From assembly GCA_024231025.1 (NCBI GenBank), contig JAAEQW010000341.1, forward strand, positions 54,155 through 118,154: a DNA stretch of 64,000 nt, given 5' to 3'. The DNA is from Candidatus Omnitrophota bacterium. GTDB taxonomy: Bacteria > Omnitrophota > Gorgyraeia > Duberdicusellales > 4484-171. A program made the translations under genes and the position numbers. Below, one piece after another: positions 36,520 to 46,600 of the stretch. How positions within the stretch are numbered: position 1 is the stretch's first letter; every line of letters starts with the position of its first letter. The notes under the pieces are model-generated. The model saw only the letters and a list, made by a program, of their open reading frames with translations, did not search any database and had not been told where the DNA came from.

Positions 36520-36669
36520 TGATTTCCTCCTAATAATCCCAAAAAAATTAAAATAAACCCCGATTTATAAGGCTATATTATAACAAATGGCAATGCAAAT
36601 GACAACTAGTTTCAGTTGTCCTGCTGTCTGTGGTTACAGGGTTGATTATTTTCGGGGATTCTCTATAAT

Positions 36670-36850
36670 GAAGGAAAATAATGTAAAAAATCAATATGAT
36701 CACGTTGAATTAGATCAATACATTGTAATGCCTAACCATATTCATGGCATAATAAATATTGTAAGGGCGGCAGATCTGCCGCCCCTACAAAATAATGATA
36801 ATCGATCGAAAATGATATTATCCAAAATAATCCATGGCATTAAATCTACC
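36670..36850 (+). pseudogene. RAYT (IS200-like REP-associated transposase) fragment with internal REP 36761-36788
   Basis: YIVMPNHIHGII motif; GTAAGGGCGGCAGATCTGCCGCCCCTAC. Confidence 0.75.
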
Positions 36851-36995
36851 TTCTCCTTTCTTTATCAGGATAGGCGATTTTCGCCTATCCTGATATTATC
36901 TTTGGAAACTGGATTCCCAGCATTCAAAAAGTTTGCTTTTTAGGTAAAAACGTGCTAAATTTACATAAAAGACCTATAAAATATAAAAATTTGGA

Positions 36996-37023
36996 CTTTC
37001 GCATATTAATTGTTATGTTTAAA
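36996..37023 (+). other. attI-like / dif-like recombination site at the cassette 5' junction
   Basis: CTTTCGCATAT-TAATTG-TTATGTTTAAA; contains core GTTATGT complementary to the attC R'' ACATAAC. Confidence 0.55.
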
Positions 37024-37036
37024 AACAAGGAAAGAA

Positions 37037-37453
37037 ATGATTAAAAAATATTTAATTTTACTTATTTCAATTTTATTTATTGGTTGCTCTTTAGCGCAAG
37101 ATAATATAATCGATACAGAAGAAAAATGGAAAACTATCGTAAAAACAGAAAATTCGGGAAAATTCATTCTTATAGGAACCTTTCAAGATCGTAGCCAACT
37201 TAAACCTGGGGGGTTACGTGCATATTCTTCAGGAGTTTTGCACATTGGATCAGAAAAAATACCTATCCCATATTCTGACAATTATAAAAGTATGAACCTA
37301 GAACAATATAACAATAAAACTGTTAGAATGGAAGCTACTGTTCAGATTTTAGAAGAAAATGGGGACCCTTATCCAGAATTGAATCCCGTATCTTTTGAAA
37401 TGTTTAAAAATAGCATTAATAATATTAAAAAAATTGAGGAAATGAAAAATTGA
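37037..37453 (+). CDS. Secreted/lipoprotein hypothetical protein (integron cassette gene)
   Basis: AAGGA RBS, MIKKYLILL...FIGC; stop 2 nt before the attC. Confidence 0.7.
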   Translation: MIKKYLILLISILFIGCSLAQDNIIDTEEKWKTIVKTENSGKFILIGTFQDRSQLKPGGLRAYSSGVLHIGSEKIPIPYSDNYKSMNLEQYNNKTVRMEATVQILEENGDPYPELNPVSFEMFKNSINNIKKIEEMKN

Positions 37454-37455
37454 AA

Positions 37456-37519
37456 ACATAACAACGCACTCCAGCTGACCAAAACCTGCGGTTTCGGCAG
37501 CTGAGTTTGAATGTTATAC
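37456..37519 (+). mobile_element. Integron attC site
   Basis: R'' ACATAAC, L boxes CACTCCAGCTGACC/GGCAGCTGAGT with extrahelical bases, R' GTTATAC; 64 bp. Confidence 0.8.
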
Positions 37520-37530
37520 CCAACCAACAA

Positions 37531-37990
37531 ATGCAACAATTTAAAACCAGAAGATCTACCCGATTAAAAAATTATGATTATTCCCTGAATGGTTATTATT
37601 TCATCACGATATGTACACATGAACACGCAAATATATTTGGTGAAATAATAAATAATGAAGTATCCGTAGGGGCCGATGGCTGTCGGCCCTCTATAGATGT
37701 AAAATTAAATGAATTTGGTTTAATTGTTGATGACGAATTAAAAAATTCTGAAATTATTCGAAACGAAATAAAATTAAACACATAATCATGCCTAATCATA
37801 TTCACGCAATTGTTATAATTCAAAATAATATCATAAAGGGCCGACAGCCATCGGCCCCTACAGATAAAATTAATCAAAATCAATCAATCTCAAGAACCTA
37901 TTTGGCAACGTAATTACCATGACCATATTATTCGAACAAAACATCATTAAACAAAATACGTGAATATATAGCCAGTAATCCCACAAATTA
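37531..37990 (+). pseudogene. Frameshifted RAYT transposase with paired REPs (37666-37693, 37837-37861)
   Basis: RRSTRLKNYDYS..YYFITICT; MPNHIH and WQRNYHDHIIR in shifted frames. Confidence 0.8.
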
Positions 37991-38009
37991 GCAATTGGAC
38001 GCAAATAAT

Positions 38010-38180
38010 ATTAAAAATTATTCTGTAACCATATACGCAAAAAATAGGGAAAATATATTTGGTGAAATAAAAAATACAAAATATGTAGGGGATGGGCTTG
38101 CCCCATCCCGTATAGAATATCCTTACATAAAATTATCAATAGTCGGAACAATAATCAATAACCAATGGAATTACAAAACT
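38010..38180 (+). pseudogene. Third RAYT 5' fragment with REP 38085-38111
   Basis: VTIYAKNRENIFGEI...KLSIVGTIINNQW. Confidence 0.6.
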
Positions 38181-38189
38181 ACCCCCCCC

Positions 38190-38681
38190 TTACAACCACT
38201 TAATCAGCTCAGACAATTTCTGCTTTTCTTTAGGTTCAACTGGTTTGGCAGGATATCCAAGAGCAATAACGCTAACTAAGCGCTCATCGCCCTCAGCTTG
38301 CGCAAAGGATGCAACTTCAGTGGAATAATCTTTCTTGTCACCGGCTATCCAGCAAGTTCCAATATCAAGGGCAGTAGCTGCAAGTAAAATATTCTCCGTT
38401 GCAGCCGAACAATCTTCAATATAATATTTAGTATCAACAGATAGCACCACTATCGCAGCGCTAGCACCAATCATAAACGCGCCATTAGGTGAAACCAGCT
38501 TGGCCAGCTGCTGAATCCGTTCTTTACCGGTAACAACCACAAACCGCCATGGCTGAACGTTGCGTGCAGTCGCGGCCAACCGCCCAGCATTTATAATTTT
38601 TTCAATACTCTCACGCGATATTTCTTTTTCACTATATTCACGCACTGAAGTCCTCTTGCTTATAACATCAAAAAAATCCAT
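38190..38681 (-). CDS. Nitroreductase family protein
   Basis: RTSVREY, ATARNVQPWRF, IGTCWI, LGYP. Confidence 0.92.
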   Translation of the reverse strand: MDFFDVISKRTSVREYSEKEISRESIEKIINAGRLAATARNVQPWRFVVVTGKERIQQLAKLVSPNGAFMIGASAAIVVLSVDTKYYIEDCSAATENILLAATALDIGTCWIAGDKKDYSTEVASFAQAEGDERLVSVIALGYPAKPVEPKEKQKLSELIKWL

Positions 38682-38689
38682 ATTACTCC

Positions 38690-39163
38690 TTATCTTTTGA
38701 ATTCAACAATTATCACTCTTTCAACCGTTGACCCAGCCTTTAAACATTGCCCGATCGTCTCACGAGCAATAATGGCGGCACGATTTTTAGGAAAATGATA
38801 AACACCAGTAGAAATACAAGGAAAAGCAATTGATTTTAGCTTGTATTCATTTGCAGTGTGCATACAATTGCGATAGCATGCGCAAAGTAAGGCATCTTCG
38901 TCTTTCTCACCACCGTGCCAAACCGGACCAGGGGTATGAATCACATACTTAGCTTTTAAATTGTATCCTTTGGTAATTTTGGCCTCTCCGGTTTTACAAC
39001 CACCAAGACTGCGACATTCGACAAGCAATTGGGAACCGGCAGCACGATGAATAGCTCCATCGACTCCGCCTCCACCTAAAAGAGAAGTGTTGGCAGCATT
39101 AACAATGGCATCAACTTCGCAATCAACAATATTTCCAGTAATAACCTCTATTCTACTATCCAA
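38690..39163 (-). CDS. Macro domain O-acetyl-ADP-ribose deacetylase (YmdB-like)
   Basis: AIVNAAN, GGGVDGAIH, ISTGVYHFP. Confidence 0.93.
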   Translation of the reverse strand: MDSRIEVITGNIVDCEVDAIVNAANTSLLGGGGVDGAIHRAAGSQLLVECRSLGGCKTGEAKITKGYNLKAKYVIHTPGPVWHGGEKDEDALLCACYRNCMHTANEYKLKSIAFPCISTGVYHFPKNRAAIIARETIGQCLKAGSTVERVIIVEFKR

Positions 39164-39168
39164 TGGTC

Positions 39169-39522
39169 CTATTCCTTAGAATATTTATCAAGAATTCTCT
39201 TAATGTCCTCTAAAGGGTTTCCCTTCCTGACGTATTCATCTGCTCCTAATGCCTTAACAAAAAAATCTTCTATTTCAGGATAACCAGTAAGTATCACTGT
39301 CTTTATTGCCATCTCGTGTTCTTTCACGTATTTAACCACTTCTAAACCAGTTAATCCTGGCATATCCTGATCCAAAAACGCTAAGTCATAATCATTCTTT
39401 TTTATCTTTTTTAAAGCTAATTGGCCATCATAAACAACATCCACATCATGCCCCCTTTTACTCAACAGAGCTTCTAATGCTCCCGCTGCATCTTTGCGAT
39501 CGTCTGCAACAATAATTTTCAT
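39169..39522 (-). CDS. Single-domain response regulator
   Basis: MKIIVADD, LDQDMP, LTGY; start moved to MKII. Confidence 0.88.
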   Translation of the reverse strand: MKIIVADDRKDAAGALEALLSKRGHDVDVVYDGQLALKKIKKNDYDLAFLDQDMPGLTGLEVVKYVKEHEMAIKTVILTGYPEIEDFFVKALGADEYVRKGNPLEDIKRILDKYSKE

Positions 39523-39556
39523 AACGCTATTCCCCTTCTTGTATTTTATTATCCGT

Positions 39557-39973
39557 TTATTTTCGATACCACGACTTCCATCCGAGCGCACGAACAAAAC
39601 CATAATATAATTTGGCTGATCTAAAATTATTTTTCTTTAAAATGCTATAAAATTCCTGATCCACCTCTTTACGCTTAACAATTGCCCGCAATTCCTTGGT
39701 AAACTGATAAAAAACATCATGAACTAAAGAGGCATGATAAGTCTTGCTTACCCCCGTTTCTGCATTTAATACTGCTTCTGGCGTACCCAAGCACACATCA
39801 AACACCTTTCCTTTAGGACTGCACCCATCCCAACAATATCCCCCTTTGTAGGTGCCATTGATCGTCACTGTTCCGTCTTCCTCCAACTTCATCCACTCAT
39901 TCTCAAACTTTCTGCCCGTAATCGCCGACTTATGAACAAAGTCTTCATTTATTCGATATAAATACACCCCCAT
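39557..39973 (-). CDS. DUF1353-like hypothetical protein
   Basis: WDGCS, ASLVHDVFY, YGFVRALG. Confidence 0.6.
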   Translation of the reverse strand: MGVYLYRINEDFVHKSAITGRKFENEWMKLEEDGTVTINGTYKGGYCWDGCSPKGKVFDVCLGTPEAVLNAETGVSKTYHASLVHDVFYQFTKELRAIVKRKEVDQEFYSILKKNNFRSAKLYYGFVRALGWKSWYRK

Positions 39974-40008
39974 ATCCTTCTCCTTTTATAATACTGCTAC
40001 CTTATTTT

Positions 40009-40551
40009 TTATAAAACACAATAAAAAATTTCTGACTCATACGGCGGAGGATATCCACCTTCGCCTTTACCATCATTGTCGCAATCTAAAAATTGACCAC
40101 CAGTGCCTTTAAGGGTTCCCCCCAAATGCAATTTATGCGGACCTTCATTGGCCCAACCATTAGATTGCCAGGTAATATGGCTACCCGACACTTGCATGGT
40201 TCCTGGATCTTGATAAGAATCGCGCCAGAATCCATCCTGACCGCGCCTCAATACTCTAAAATTATGACCCCAATTAATGGAACTTTGATCAACATTCTTG
40301 TTAAAGTTAATATCAATCTTCATAGCTGATACATTACCAACAACCACATAATTAAAACTGGAATTTATAACTTGAAACGACACATTAAGCTTTGTTGCCC
40401 CTTTAATTAACGGTGCTTTAGGTTTACCATAACCAATTGCTGGCTGATTCATCTGCTTACTTTGCCAAGTTGGCGGTTCCGCCTGCAAAATTATGCCAAC
40501 AAATAAAAAACTAATTAAAATCAAAACCACTCTCAAACGCTTCTCTTTCAT
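40009..40551 (-). CDS. Secreted Ig-like domain protein
   Basis: Signal peptide; INFNKNVD, LDCDNDG. Confidence 0.6.
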   Translation of the reverse strand: MKEKRLRVVLILISFLFVGIILQAEPPTWQSKQMNQPAIGYGKPKAPLIKGATKLNVSFQVINSSFNYVVVGNVSAMKIDINFNKNVDQSSINWGHNFRVLRRGQDGFWRDSYQDPGTMQVSGSHITWQSNGWANEGPHKLHLGGTLKGTGGQFLDCDNDGKGEGGYPPPYESEIFYCVL

Positions 40552-40741
40552 ACCTCCTCCTTCTCTCTATTCAATTATAACACCTACCGCATCGGTTCAT
40601 TTTACCATAACAATAAAGCGTATGTCTAAAAAAATATCACCCCCAAATTACTGGATTATTTCAGGTTGATTTGATAAAAAAGAACCGATTTGCTGTTGGC
40701 TCTATATTTGGTATAATGTTCTGACATTTTATGAGGCTAAT

Positions 40742-41776
40742 ATGAGCAATAAAACCCTAAAAATCACCATTGGAAGTATTAACGTTTCTATTGAAACCAA
40801 CAATCAAAGATACTTTGACTATTTAAGCTGGTATTTCAAAGGCTCACCCGCATCGATTGATACTCCAACTCCAGTTGATATCAAGATTAATTGGGTAAAA
40901 AAATTAAAATCTAAAAATCTTGCTCTGAGAATTGGAAGTAACACCTACCAAGATAAAAACGCGTTAGAAATAACTAGGAAAATTGCTAAAAAAGAAAAAG
41001 TGTTATTCAACGCTGTTTTAGAAAAAAACAAACTCATCTTGAATATTAATGTTAAACGAAAACGTGAAGACATCTTGCGCTATAGATTTGCTCCTGAAAA
41101 AATAAACAGCCTCTTCTTTGAATTAACTTTCCCCTTTCTTTACTATCCAGCATTTTGGTATGCTCAATATTTCCTAAACCAGCACCTCCTTCATGCTTCG
41201 GCTGTCGAATGTAATGGCAAAGGAATTATCATATGCGGACTGGAAGGAATCGGCAAAACCAGCTTGGGCCTTGGATTGCTAGATGATAATGCGAAATTCT
41301 TATCCGACAATCTTGTTTTTTATGATGAAAATGATATTTACTCTTGCTATGAGTGCGTGCGCCTTAATAAGAATACCGAAACCGTTCCTTGGCAAAATAA
41401 ATTTAAAAAGATAAATCGCGGCAAAAATTTAAAAGACTTTTATTTACCAACTGAAAATTTTAATATTAAAAAAACAAAACCAACAATTTTTCTATTCCCT
41501 TACTTTAGTAAGCAATATGAAACCAAAGAAATTGATGCCAAATGGGCTGCCAACTACGCTATACTGCTAAGTCATTTGCCATCGGAGCTGAACAATTACA
41601 GCCAATTTCGTAACTCATACAATCTTTTTGATTTAAATTCAAATTTACCCCTCAATGCACAAGTAACATTAGAAAAACTACTCGCTAAAACCAGGAACTT
41701 TATGGTAGGGATGCCAAAACAAGACGGTTTAGAAAAAAATATCACCCGAGTAAAGGAACTGATATCTCATGTTTGA
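40742..41776 (+). CDS. HPr kinase-like P-loop protein
   Basis: LHASAV...GLEGIGKT, FLSDN. Confidence 0.75.
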   Translation: MSNKTLKITIGSINVSIETNNQRYFDYLSWYFKGSPASIDTPTPVDIKINWVKKLKSKNLALRIGSNTYQDKNALEITRKIAKKEKVLFNAVLEKNKLILNINVKRKREDILRYRFAPEKINSLFFELTFPFLYYPAFWYAQYFLNQHLLHASAVECNGKGIIICGLEGIGKTSLGLGLLDDNAKFLSDNLVFYDENDIYSCYECVRLNKNTETVPWQNKFKKINRGKNLKDFYLPTENFNIKKTKPTIFLFPYFSKQYETKEIDAKWAANYAILLSHLPSELNNYSQFRNSYNLFDLNSNLPLNAQVTLEKLLAKTRNFMVGMPKQDGLEKNITRVKELISHV

Positions 41777-42863
41777 TAAAATAACCCCTATTGATTCAAA
41801 ATGGAAACGTTACTTATTTTCTTATGCTTCTATTGGGCGTAAAGATATTGGGTTTTACTCTAATTTCGGTCATGGCGATAGTGGTGACGATGCATTTTTG
41901 TATCAAGCTCAAGATTTGTTAGACACTAAAATATTACCAATGTCGAAACGTTGCTACACTTTTAATCCGCACCGATTAAAAGCTTTCCTTCTTGGCGGAG
42001 CTAGTTTATTTCATTGGCAAGCCCCATACATCCCGAGGCGATTATTAAAAAAGAAGAAATGGCCGTTTCCGGTAATCTTATATTCTGCCGGTATAAATTG
42101 CGACTATGGCGCATCTTTTTCCCAAGAAAGCTTAGATAAAATACATTCACTTTGTTCTTTAGCTGATTACATTACTGTTAGGGACTTATTAACAAAAGAA
42201 TTCATAGCAAATTTAGGATTTCCTAATGCTGAGATATTACCTGATTTAGAGCTAATGGTAAGACCAAAAAAAACAACCCCAATCAAAACAAAAGATCACA
42301 AAACCGTAGGCATTACATTAACACCTCATTCTGCCTTTAACGAAGAAACATTCAAAAAAATAGAAGATCTATTTGTTGATTTTACTAATTGGCTTACTGA
42401 TAATAAGTATACTGTGCTATTTATACCTTTTGACAGTTTAGATTCTGAGTCTACGCGTGAGAAAAAATTGCTGGATAGTATTTTAAAACGCATCAAGAGC
42501 CCGATTAACGCGTCATCGGCCAATGCAGATCTTTCACCAGAAGAAATACTAAACTTAATACAAACTCGGTGTGACTTTATGGTGTCAATGCGTTTACACA
42601 GTGCAGTTTTTGCGGTAAATGCTAACGTTCCTTTCTTTTGCTTATCTTACAATATGATGCATAAAGGATTTTTACAAGAAATCTCACTTAATGAATTGGA
42701 ATTACCATTAAGCCATGTTTCATCAACGCAAAAGCTTCAAGATAAATTTCAATTCATAGTTAAAAATTCATTGCAGATCAAACGACAAATGACCTCACAA
42801 AAAATCAGACTTTGCAATGAAATCACCAAACAAAACGAGATAATAAAAAATCTCCTCAAATAA
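41769..42863 (+). CDS. Polysaccharide pyruvyl transferase family protein
   Basis: GDSGDDA, ITVRD, PDL, SMRLHS. Confidence 0.85.
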   Translation: MFDKITPIDSKWKRYLFSYASIGRKDIGFYSNFGHGDSGDDAFLYQAQDLLDTKILPMSKRCYTFNPHRLKAFLLGGASLFHWQAPYIPRRLLKKKKWPFPVILYSAGINCDYGASFSQESLDKIHSLCSLADYITVRDLLTKEFIANLGFPNAEILPDLELMVRPKKTTPIKTKDHKTVGITLTPHSAFNEETFKKIEDLFVDFTNWLTDNKYTVLFIPFDSLDSESTREKKLLDSILKRIKSPINASSANADLSPEEILNLIQTRCDFMVSMRLHSAVFAVNANVPFFCLSYNMMHKGFLQEISLNELELPLSHVSSTQKLQDKFQFIVKNSLQIKRQMTSQKIRLCNEITKQNEIIKNLLK

Positions 42864-42926
42864 CCAGCCTCCCCTGCCTTATTTTCATTATTAGACAATT
42901 AATTGCGTATTGGCTAATTTTTACCC

Positions 42927-43007
42927 ATGTACACCGCGTAGGTGTACATAATTTTGTGAGTTATTTCAAAGGAAACCCGTGTACACCGCGTAGGTGTACA
43001 CGGGTTT
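42927..43007. repeat. Two tandem copies of a palindrome between convergent genes
   Basis: TGTACACCGCGTAGGTGTACA at 42928 and within 42973-43007. Confidence 0.8.
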
Positions 43008-43012
43008 ATGGA

Positions 43013-43636
43013 TTATTTAGGGGTTGTAGTGGGTTCGGTATTAGCCTCTGCAGCCGACAAAGCACCGGATGCGTCGATTTCTCCGTCAAAGTCGCTGTCT
43101 TTTTCATAACGGACGGCAATACCATTTTCGTAAAAATGAACTATGTCAAAAATACCATCAAAGTTGCTATCGATACCGGATCGAGAAATACGGTTATTTT
43201 CGAAATTACTTCTTAGGTATAATTTACCGTTGTTGGCATAAAGCTCGCCAAAAATAAGTGTTTTATCTTTGGTATACATAAAAGCGTTTTGATATTCTTC
43301 TTTTTTAGCTCCGCTTACCGACAACGTCGCCTGCTTAAGTACTTCTTCACCGGCAATCTTGATTATCTCCCCTTTATCGTAAGTTGCTTCTGTTGTTTTC
43401 CCATCAAGAAGCGTAATCATCTTATCTAATGAACCATCATCGTTCCAATGCAAAGAAATGGTATAGTTGCCTTTTTCATCATACTGAATTTTTTCCACGT
43501 TGCCCTTGGCCTCGACCTTTGATTTTCCCTTGGGTTTGTCTTTAGGCTTGTCTTTGGAACCGCATGAAATAAAAGTTAAAAAATAAACAGCCACCACCAA
43601 AACAATTGCTACACTTTTAATTTTACCTGTTTTCAT
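43013..43636 (-). CDS. Putative lipoprotein with DxDxDG repeats
   Basis: Lipobox FISC; DSNFDGIFD and DSDFDGEID. Confidence 0.7.
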   Translation of the reverse strand: MKTGKIKSVAIVLVVAVYFLTFISCGSKDKPKDKPKGKSKVEAKGNVEKIQYDEKGNYTISLHWNDDGSLDKMITLLDGKTTEATYDKGEIIKIAGEEVLKQATLSVSGAKKEEYQNAFMYTKDKTLIFGELYANNGKLYLRSNFENNRISRSGIDSNFDGIFDIVHFYENGIAVRYEKDSDFDGEIDASGALSAAEANTEPTTTPK

Positions 43637-43664
43637 AAATACAACTCCTCTTTAAATAGAACCT

Positions 43665-46600
43665 CTACTTTTCACTATCCTTCTTAATCGAATCATAAAC
43701 ATCTTCATCGATAGTACCAGATTTTCCGTCTCCACTCAATGGATGGTAGAAAAATATTGATGGCGGAGCAACCGGTGCCCCAATTTGAGGCATAGTTTGT
43801 GAAAGCGGCGGCAACTGTACCGCCGGCACTGTTGGCAATGTCGCTGGAGCATCCATTACAACATCTGGCACAACTTCCAAAGCAGCCGGCACTGGTGTTT
43901 GTATCAATGGAATATCGATCATAATTTCGGGTTTAACATCTAAATTTACAGGAGGCATCGGTGGAATGATCGGTATGATTTCCACTTCAGGAACAACTGC
44001 AGGAGGTGTTAACTTATCCCTAAGCATATCGATTAAGCTTGGCTTAGATGGTTTTGCTTTTCTCTCTTTCTCTAACTCTTTTTCAAGCGGCGGTAGAATG
44101 ATTTGATTTGCACTCTTGATTTCTGCTAAAGCAGCAACTTCTCGACTGGCAATTAGCTCATCATCAAGATAATCTTTAGCAGCCGCTGCTTTTTCTATCT
44201 GATTATCATCGAAAAGCTTACGACTAGCAGAATCAATATCCTGCCAAGAAAAATCAGCGTTAACGCCTTTCACCAATAGAGCCGGGCTATAATTGCGTAA
44301 CTGCAATCTTGCCCCTTTAGCGGCCCAAAGATCATTAATTCTCATGTTACCGCTTGCTGCCAAAACAGCAACGATACCTCCATAGGATATAACAAAATCG
44401 GCGATGAAGTCATCAAACACTTCTTCAACCCAAATATCGCCAAAGGCTCTAATGTTAAATTTGTAACTACCTGCAATAATTCGATTATTCTGCGAACCAA
44501 CGCCTCCATTAATCGCGCTGAGATTGATCACATTACCAATTAAATTTATCCCCAAAGGATTACCGTTAATCAACGAACCATCAATAATCATATTAACATC
44601 ACCGATTTCTGATCGGATCTGGTTGATAATCATATCTCCGTTAACCTCATTTAAATTAATTCCTAAATAAGCTTGCGCGTCGACAACGCCGGTTGTGTTT
44701 AAATCTAAGTAGTTAGCAGTCTGCCCTATTTGACCGGTATTCGCGATCAAATTAACATGGTTAGAATTAATGTTGCTTGTTTGCGTATTGTCGGCATCGA
44801 AAATTGACCATGATGCATCCAAGTTAGTTGTGCCAAGTAAAGTGTTGATCGTGCCAAGATTAATGTTTCCGGCTAAAGTTTTAACGCTCACATCACCTTG
44901 ATCGGCAGTAACCACTCCGGCATTAAAATCACCATCGGTAACAAGTAGATTTATATTACCGGTAATCGTGCGCAAATTGCCTACGTTCATTTCACCGATT
45001 GTTTCGTTTAAGAACATGTCACCATAGGAATAAGCATTAATTAATCCTTTGGTAGCATTCGATGAATCAAAATCAAAATAATTATCACTACTTCCAATTT
45101 GCCCATTGGTTGCGGTTAAGTTGATATTGATTGCGTTAATGTTGCTACTATCGCTATTGAGTAAATCATTTATGCTATTGTAAGCAGTAATTGTAGTTGT
45201 GCCTTGTGTTGAGTTGATCAGACCAACATTTACATCCGCATTTTCACCGATCAAATTAACATTTCCGTTAAGTGATGTAATTGTGTCAACATTCATGTCG
45301 CCGTCAACCTCGCGAATGTATGCATTCTGGCTGACTTGCGCGCTTAATAATCCACCTAGAGTATCGACATCTAAATAATTGCCCTCTGCTCCTACATTAT
45401 CGCTGGCAATTAAGCTTATGTTGAAAGCATTAATGTTAGAGACATCACTATTGAGGCTGTCGACAATCGAGCCAAAAGCAGATAACACAACATCATCACT
45501 TGCAAAAATATGATCCACAAGCAAGTCATTTAATGACGTAATGTATACATTCTCAGAAGAGTTAACGCTTAGCCCATGACTTCCCCACAATTCAATTTCT
45601 AAAGGATTAGAAATAGATCCAATCGAAGCAACAACGCTAGTAAAAAACAAATCCCTTGCCCTAATGTCTACCGTTGCATCATTGGCATGATCAAAAATAC
45701 TTCCAACCGATGATAAATAAACATCGCCGCCTGTTGACTCAATATAGCCGATATCCATGTTGTCAATTGCTTCATTAATGTGAATATCTCCCGGTGCGTT
45801 AGCATTAACTAAACAACCAACATCAAAGAAATCATCAAAAGTACCAATCACTCCGTTTTGAGCATTCAGGTTGACTACTCCGGCAACAGCATTTGCGCCA
45901 CTGCCTGCGCTATTATCAAAAATTGAACCAAGAGCATCAATAATTGCCTGACCATTAGTCACAAAAATATTGTTAATATACGCATCACCATCAGGTGCAA
46001 AAACTTCTGCATCGCCGTCTTCAGTAACTTTAATGTCATCAACTTTTAAATTTCCAGCAGTTTCAAGCAAGTAGACACCGTTTTCGGCAGCAGTGTGGAC
46101 TTCGCCTAAAGATAAGGTATCAATTTCAAGGAAATTATCTTTTAGCCCAACTGTTCCTTTCTGAGAATCGTTAGCTTGTACCGTTACAAAAGATAAGTAC
46201 TGACCGGTAATACCTGCTGCTTCGTCCGCATCACCATCTAAAATTGAAGCGTAAGCATCAAGGCTTACATCGCCCAGTAGAGTATAAATTCCTCCACCAA
46301 GAGAATGAACAACAATATCAAGATTACTTTGTAAATTAATATTGCCTCCGGCAATTAAGCTTCCGGTATGAAGATTATGTTGTGGACTAGCAACAAAGAT
46401 ATCTCCACCAACATCGCCACTTAACAATCCTGTAGCATCAAGCCCAACATCTAAAAACTGCCCTGCGCCTGACCCACCAACATCGCCTGGGGCCTTTAAG
46501 TAAAGACTCTCGGCTCTTACATCTAGGCCGCCGGTTTGTAGCGCATCAAAAATTGAATTTGAGGAATCAAGGCTAATGTGTTTTACAGCATATAAACTAT

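Noticed and set aside
38690-39163. Macro-domain gene as Thoeris partner of the SIR2 protein
   Set aside because: Ordinary YmdB-like protein in core context, 24 kb away.
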